Shown here piece after piece: positions 28,465-32,000 of a stretch of 32,000 nucleotides of DNA (positions are counted from its first letter, which is position 1; the number at the start of each line of letters is the position of its first letter). The stretch is from Candidatus Nitrospira inopinata (GTDB taxonomy: Bacteria; Nitrospirota; Nitrospiria; Nitrospirales; Nitrospiraceae): positions 90,001 to 122,000 of the forward strand of contig NZ_LN885086.1 in assembly GCF_001458695.1 (NCBI RefSeq), given 5' to 3'. The notes beneath the pieces were generated by a model. It had not been told where the DNA came from. It saw only the letters and a list, made by a program, of their open reading frames with translations, and did not search any database. The translations under genes and the position numbers were made by a program.

Positions 28465-29778
28465 CTAGCCGCCGGCGACGCCGGCGTCCCCTCTCATTGG
28501 CGGAGACCCATCCGAGGCATAGAGCAGACGGACGATTTCAAGAGCGTTGAACAACATCGCGTCCATCCTGGTGTAGGCGGCGTGGCCGTAATAGTGATCC
28601 CGAACGTTCTGCGAACCGGTACAGTCTTTATAATCCACCGATAAACACCGGCCTTCAGTGGGGAACCGTACCGCTCGTCGCGCACATTCCAACCAACGTT
28701 CGAAGCCGTCATAAGGCTCCACGATCTCCCAGACGGCCTTATTCGCGGCTTTGGCTTCCTCCGTTGCGGGAAGCGCGTCACTGCCGGCCACCGCCAGTTG
28801 CTGCACGTAATCGCCGCCCCACGCAATCGGCATCTCCACCGTCAGTTGGGGCAATTCCATCTTCGCCAGCCATATTTTCCCGTCGGTCCTCAGATGTCGA
28901 TGATTGACTATGTGCAGGAGCTTGCCGACTCCGGACGGATCCCATCCGTAACGGACCGGCGTCCCCAGTGTCACCACGTCCAATGTCGCCCCGTTCAGAA
29001 GCGGCCCGCGCTCCAGGGCCCGTTCGAGACGGACCACGGCATCGGCCAACTCCGGCTGCCGGGTACGAGCTGCGTAGGAGGTCAGGATACGAAGCAGTTC
29101 GGAGCGGCCGGTAATGGAATTCGGACAGAGCAGATTCGAGACCAGCGCCAGAACAAGGCCGGCTTGTCCATGGGCTTGAATGAGAATCCGCTCGCCCTGA
29201 CCGATTCGATGACGTTCACAGAGCGCCGCCAAGGAATCCAGCAAGCCGACCGCCGCAATCGCCCGTCCGAGGTGATGATGCTCGGACGACCATAGAAATC
29301 GGACGCAGAGCAGGGGCCGGGAGGTCCGACCGTTCAATGCCTGACGAGCCAATGCAACGTATGTGTTCGTGAAATTCCCCGCGTCACCGGCCTGTCCATC
29401 AAGCCATGCTTGCGTCTCCTCATCATTCGGGAACGGCGGTTTCCTCCCTCCGGGAAACGGGGATATTCCATTGTCACCCTCACGCATCAAAGAAAGAAGC
29501 GCGTCCAAACCAGATACTCCGCGTGAGTAGCCGCGCTTCAAGCCCCCGGCCTCGTCCAGCCGCTGCGCGCCGAACACGTCGGTGCCGTGGATCGATCCAT
29601 GGGAAAAGACGACGGCCCGAATCCCCGCGTCGGAGAGTCTCCTCCCGCACTGAACCATCGCGTCATACCATGCCGGAGACTCCACCTTCGCGGTAGAAGT
29701 CAATTCGGAGACACATAACCGTTCTCCCGGATTTTTTCTCGACAGGTCGTCGTGTTGGAAATTGTTCTCAACCGGCAT
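28465..29778 (-). CDS. Hypothetical protein, alpha/beta-hydrolase-like (PGAP1/DUF676-like pattern) without an obvious nucleophile Ser
   Basis: 437-aa ORF with no signal peptide. It has AVVFSHG (strand plus HG), ILIQAHGQAGLVLAL where GxSxG would be expected, and VVTLGTPVRYGW. The family call is inference only. Confidence 0.6.
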   Translation of the reverse strand: MPVENNFQHDDLSRKNPGERLCVSELTSTAKVESPAWYDAMVQCGRRLSDAGIRAVVFSHGSIHGTDVFGAQRLDEAGGLKRGYSRGVSGLDALLSLMREGDNGISPFPGGRKPPFPNDEETQAWLDGQAGDAGNFTNTYVALARQALNGRTSRPLLCVRFLWSSEHHHLGRAIAAVGLLDSLAALCERHRIGQGERILIQAHGQAGLVLALVSNLLCPNSITGRSELLRILTSYAARTRQPELADAVVRLERALERGPLLNGATLDVVTLGTPVRYGWDPSGVGKLLHIVNHRHLRTDGKIWLAKMELPQLTVEMPIAWGGDYVQQLAVAGSDALPATEEAKAANKAVWEIVEPYDGFERWLECARRAVRFPTEGRCLSVDYKDCTGSQNVRDHYYGHAAYTRMDAMLFNALEIVRLLYASDGSPPMRGDAGVAGG

Positions 29779-29860
29779 GGCCGGATTCTCTTACCGGAAA
29801 GCGAGTCCGCGCTTCAAGAACAGTTCCCTACCTTACGGAAACTCATGGCGAAAGTGATTA

Positions 29861-29890
29861 TTGACAAGCGGGCTCACGGCACCATAGAGT
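29861..29890 (+). promoter_or_regulatory. Candidate sigma70-type promoter
   Basis: TTGACA (29861..29866), an 18-nt spacer, then TAGAGT (29885..29890), preceded by an A/T-rich GTGATTA. It lies about 400 nt upstream of the DUF1566-like gene. Confidence 0.3.
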
Positions 29891-30291
29891 AGCGCCCTGC
29901 TCCAGGCGGCCCCCATGCCGCAGGGTGCCGATTCGGCGGCAAGAGAAGTTTTCTCTTACAGCCGAATGATCGTTGCTCTCGCGCCTATCGCTCTTCTGGC
30001 GCAAGGGTAACAACCGGGCTACTCATCGACAGAGGAGGCCAGTTATGCTGACCAGATTCCTCCGATGGGCGCTACAGTTCGGACAACACACCCCTCGAGT
30101 TTGGTTGCTCCCCCCCAACGATGCGGCAGGCTTGGCCGTTCGTCGACTGCAACGGTGGAACATGCCCGCCCGTGCCGGACCGTGACGCGATTGAAAAAGG
30201 CCGGCGCTACGGATCGAGAGCAGGAAGGAAAAAAATCACAGGAAACATCACAGAAATGGCAATCCAACCATCACTACCAGGAGGACGCACC

Positions 30292-30861
30292 ATGAAGAGA
30301 CGACGGTTCATGATGAGCGGAGTGTTGGGGCTTGCGGCTGCGGGACTATGCTTGTCAGGGGCCGAGTTGGCGCAAGCCGTCTCTTCGACCAAACTCTCCT
30401 CTCCCGAACAGGCTGGGAAACCGCACCTCGTAGCCGCAACACGATTCATCGTTTTGCCGGACTGGTCTAAAGAAGCGGTCCTGGACCGTGAGACCGGACT
30501 GGTATGGGAATTGTCTCCCTCGAAAGACCTGCTGGATTGGACTGCCGCTCAAGAATATTGCCTGAATCGAACCACAGGAGGACGGAAGGGCTGGCGGGTC
30601 CCGTCGGTGCACGAACTGGCAAGTTTGGTCGATCCCTCCATCGCCCCTCCCGGTCCGACCTTGCGGGAAGGTCACCCCTTCACCAACGTTCAATCGGCCC
30701 GTTATTGGGGAGCGGCGCCGAACCTCCAATTCGCGGCGCCGCCGTGGTTCGTGCTGTTCTCGAACGGCCGAACCGTCATCGCCGGAGAGAAAGGCGGCAA
30801 AGCCCATGTATGGTGCGTCCGAACCGGCGGGTTCGACATGATGGACGTCAGCGAACAATGA
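30292..30861 (+). CDS. Secreted DUF1566 (Lcl C-terminal / C-type-lectin-like) domain protein
   Basis: The ATG at 30292 has GGAGG 8 nt upstream. The signal MKRRRFMMSGVLGLAAAGLCLSGAELAQA is twin-arginine-like. DUF1566-like motifs: GLVWE...LDWTAAQEYC...GWRVPSVHELASLVD...ARYW...VWCVR. The track start at 30121 is an over-extension. Confidence 0.7.
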   Translation: MKRRRFMMSGVLGLAAAGLCLSGAELAQAVSSTKLSSPEQAGKPHLVAATRFIVLPDWSKEAVLDRETGLVWELSPSKDLLDWTAAQEYCLNRTTGGRKGWRVPSVHELASLVDPSIAPPGPTLREGHPFTNVQSARYWGAAPNLQFAAPPWFVLFSNGRTVIAGEKGGKAHVWCVRTGGFDMMDVSEQ

Positions 30862-30904
30862 GCGGACGTTTACCGTAAACAAGAGAGCGTCTTAAGAATT
30901 CCAT

Positions 30905-30938
30905 GGCCGAGGGGATTGTGAGATCTCTCCCCTCGGCC
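30905..30938. terminator. Hairpin between convergent genes (possible bidirectional terminator)
   Basis: GGCCGAGGGGA, a 12-nt loop, then TCCCCTCGGCC: a perfect 11-bp stem. The flanking U-tracts are weak on both strands. Confidence 0.45.
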
Positions 30939-30978
30939 GTGCATCGTTAGCGGTCGAAAGAAAAGTTGGGCGGTGGCG

Positions 30979-31410
30979 CTACTCCTTCGCCATCACCGCC
31001 GTCACGGAACAGGTCTTCTGTTCTTCGTCGATTTGATAGTCGACGATCGTGACTCCCAGCAAATATTCTTGAACGATTTCCTCGCGCGTGAGCTCGATAT
31101 CCTGCTCGGGTTCCTTTCCCGACCGTTCGCGCACCCGATCGACAAGATGCTCCTTGACCAACACTCGAATCTGTTTGGCCAGATCGGCGCGAGCCGACAG
31201 TTCGGCGACGCGGCGACACACTGCCCCTCCCTTGGTCAAATCGCCCTGGCCTTTGGCGATCCAGTACAGGTCGGACGGATAGCGATCACCCATGGTCTGA
31301 GCCGAAACCTGAACCGAGACTTGGGTTGACAGGATCAACGGTATCATCAAGGCCGAGACGCCCCACTCACGCGCCGCGATCGAGATTTTTCGCGCCGTTG
31401 TTCCGGTCAT
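30979..31410 (-). CDS. Hypothetical secreted protein (possibly LPP20-like)
   Basis: 143 aa with an N-terminal signal ...LMIPLILSTQVSVQVSAQ. The central ...RRVAELSARADLAKQIRVLVKEHLVDRV loosely resembles LPP20-family proteins. Its ATG overlaps the upstream gene's stop (ATGA). Confidence 0.55.
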   Translation of the reverse strand: MTGTTARKISIAAREWGVSALMIPLILSTQVSVQVSAQTMGDRYPSDLYWIAKGQGDLTKGGAVCRRVAELSARADLAKQIRVLVKEHLVDRVRERSGKEPEQDIELTREEIVQEYLLGVTIVDYQIDEEQKTCSVTAVMAKE

Positions 31411-32000
31411 CGAACCTCCGGATCTTCCTCAAGGGCCTTCTCGGCTCTATCCGGCTCCGCAGACAGGCGAGAGCGAGGTTCGGACTGTACCGACGAATCG
31501 TTCGCGCGCGATGTCGCCCTCTCGGGCGATCGGTAAACGATTTCGTTCAACGTGCGCGCGCCGCCTTGCGATCCCGGACCGGGCACAAGTTCGTGCCGCG
31601 GCATGAGGCCGGACTTCCGCGCAGGTATAACAGGTATAAAAGGAGCCGGCGACGGCTGCGAAACCGACTGGCGCCCATTCCCCGCGAGCTTGCTCTCTGC
31701 GGCACCCATATGCGGGTTATCGGGATAGAATTCGCGCGCCGCCTGAAGCAAATGAAGCCAATGCGCCGTATTGATCCCCTCTCGCGAGACAACCGAGGAA
31801 AGCCCCGAGAGGACCAACGCCCAATCGGTCCAGGCTTGCGACAATATGGCGTTGGATTGGACGCGATACAGTATCTCCCGCCGACGCGCCGCCGACCCCG
31901 CGCGGTCCGCCATTGGAGCATCGACTAACGCCCGGTTCGCCCGATCCAGCTCTTGCCGCAGCCGGTCGGTCTCCTGCTTCAATGCCGCCAACTGCACTCT
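31407..32000 (-). CDS. Hypothetical protein, N-terminus beyond the window
   Basis: The reading frame is open to the window edge: ...QLAALKQETDRLRQELDRANRAL (coiled-coil-like), then ...HWLHLLQAAREFYPDNPHMG and a Pro/Ser/Arg-rich tail. No family recognised. Confidence 0.5.
   Translation of the reverse strand, partial: RVQLAALKQETDRLRQELDRANRALVDAPMADRAGSAARRREILYRVQSNAILSQAWTDWALVLSGLSSVVSREGINTAHWLHLLQAAREFYPDNPHMGAAESKLAGNGRQSVSQPSPAPFIPVIPARKSGLMPRHELVPGPGSQGGARTLNEIVYRSPERATSRANDSSVQSEPRSRLSAEPDRAEKALEEDPEVR

Noticed and set aside
28484-28495. 12-nt palindrome GACGCCGGCGTC near the convergent yciI / 437-aa gene junction, considered as a terminator
   Set aside because: It lies inside the 3' end of the 437-aa CDS (encoding ...GDAGVAGG) and has no loop and no U-tract.
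30680-30861. DUF1566 C-terminus as a DGR variable region
   Set aside because: There is no similar template repeat in the flanking intergenic DNA and no reverse transcriptase gene in the window. It is kept only as a whole-genome check.

Overview
By eye this is a GC-rich bacterial chromosomal core segment, transcribed almost entirely on the minus strand.

Gene order by coordinate:
- leuA (partial), a Leu T-box leader, pssA, psd, ilvC, ilvN, ilvB
- RNase P RNA (rnpB), M48 lipoprotein peptidase, RNase HIII-like gene (+), COG1579-type zinc-ribbon gene
- tRNA(CAU), rpoD, dnaG, HIT
- hisIE, hisF, hisA, an embedded lipoprotein gene, hisH
- MntA/HepT toxin-antitoxin pair (+)
- hisB, hisD, hisG, murA, prmC, prfA, rpmE, rho
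- a less conserved block from about 27.5 to 32 kb: DUF2203-like, YciI-like, a 437-aa orphan, a DUF1566-like secreted protein and two hypothetical genes

I saw no CRISPR array, rRNA, transposase or integrase.

Many long plus-strand ORFs in the supplied track are antisense shadows of real minus-strand genes. Three track ORFs lie over rnpB and are spurious. Several track ORFs carry N-terminal over-extensions, which I trimmed using RBS and homology logic.

I do not see a convincing wholly new multi-gene system. The most interesting items are:
- a well-formed Leu (CUC) T-box attenuator inside the ilvBNC-psd-pssA-leuA operon
- a HepT/MntA module plus terminator splitting the his operon
- an uncharacterised lipoprotein gene translationally coupled inside the his operon
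- a domain-truncated RNase HIII-like gene overlapping a Zn-ribbon gene tail to tail
- a 437-aa alpha/beta-hydrolase-like orphan lacking the nucleophile serine
- a 500-nt structured intergenic region with a promoter-like site and a small ORF

All family assignments come from motif recognition by eye, not from database searches.
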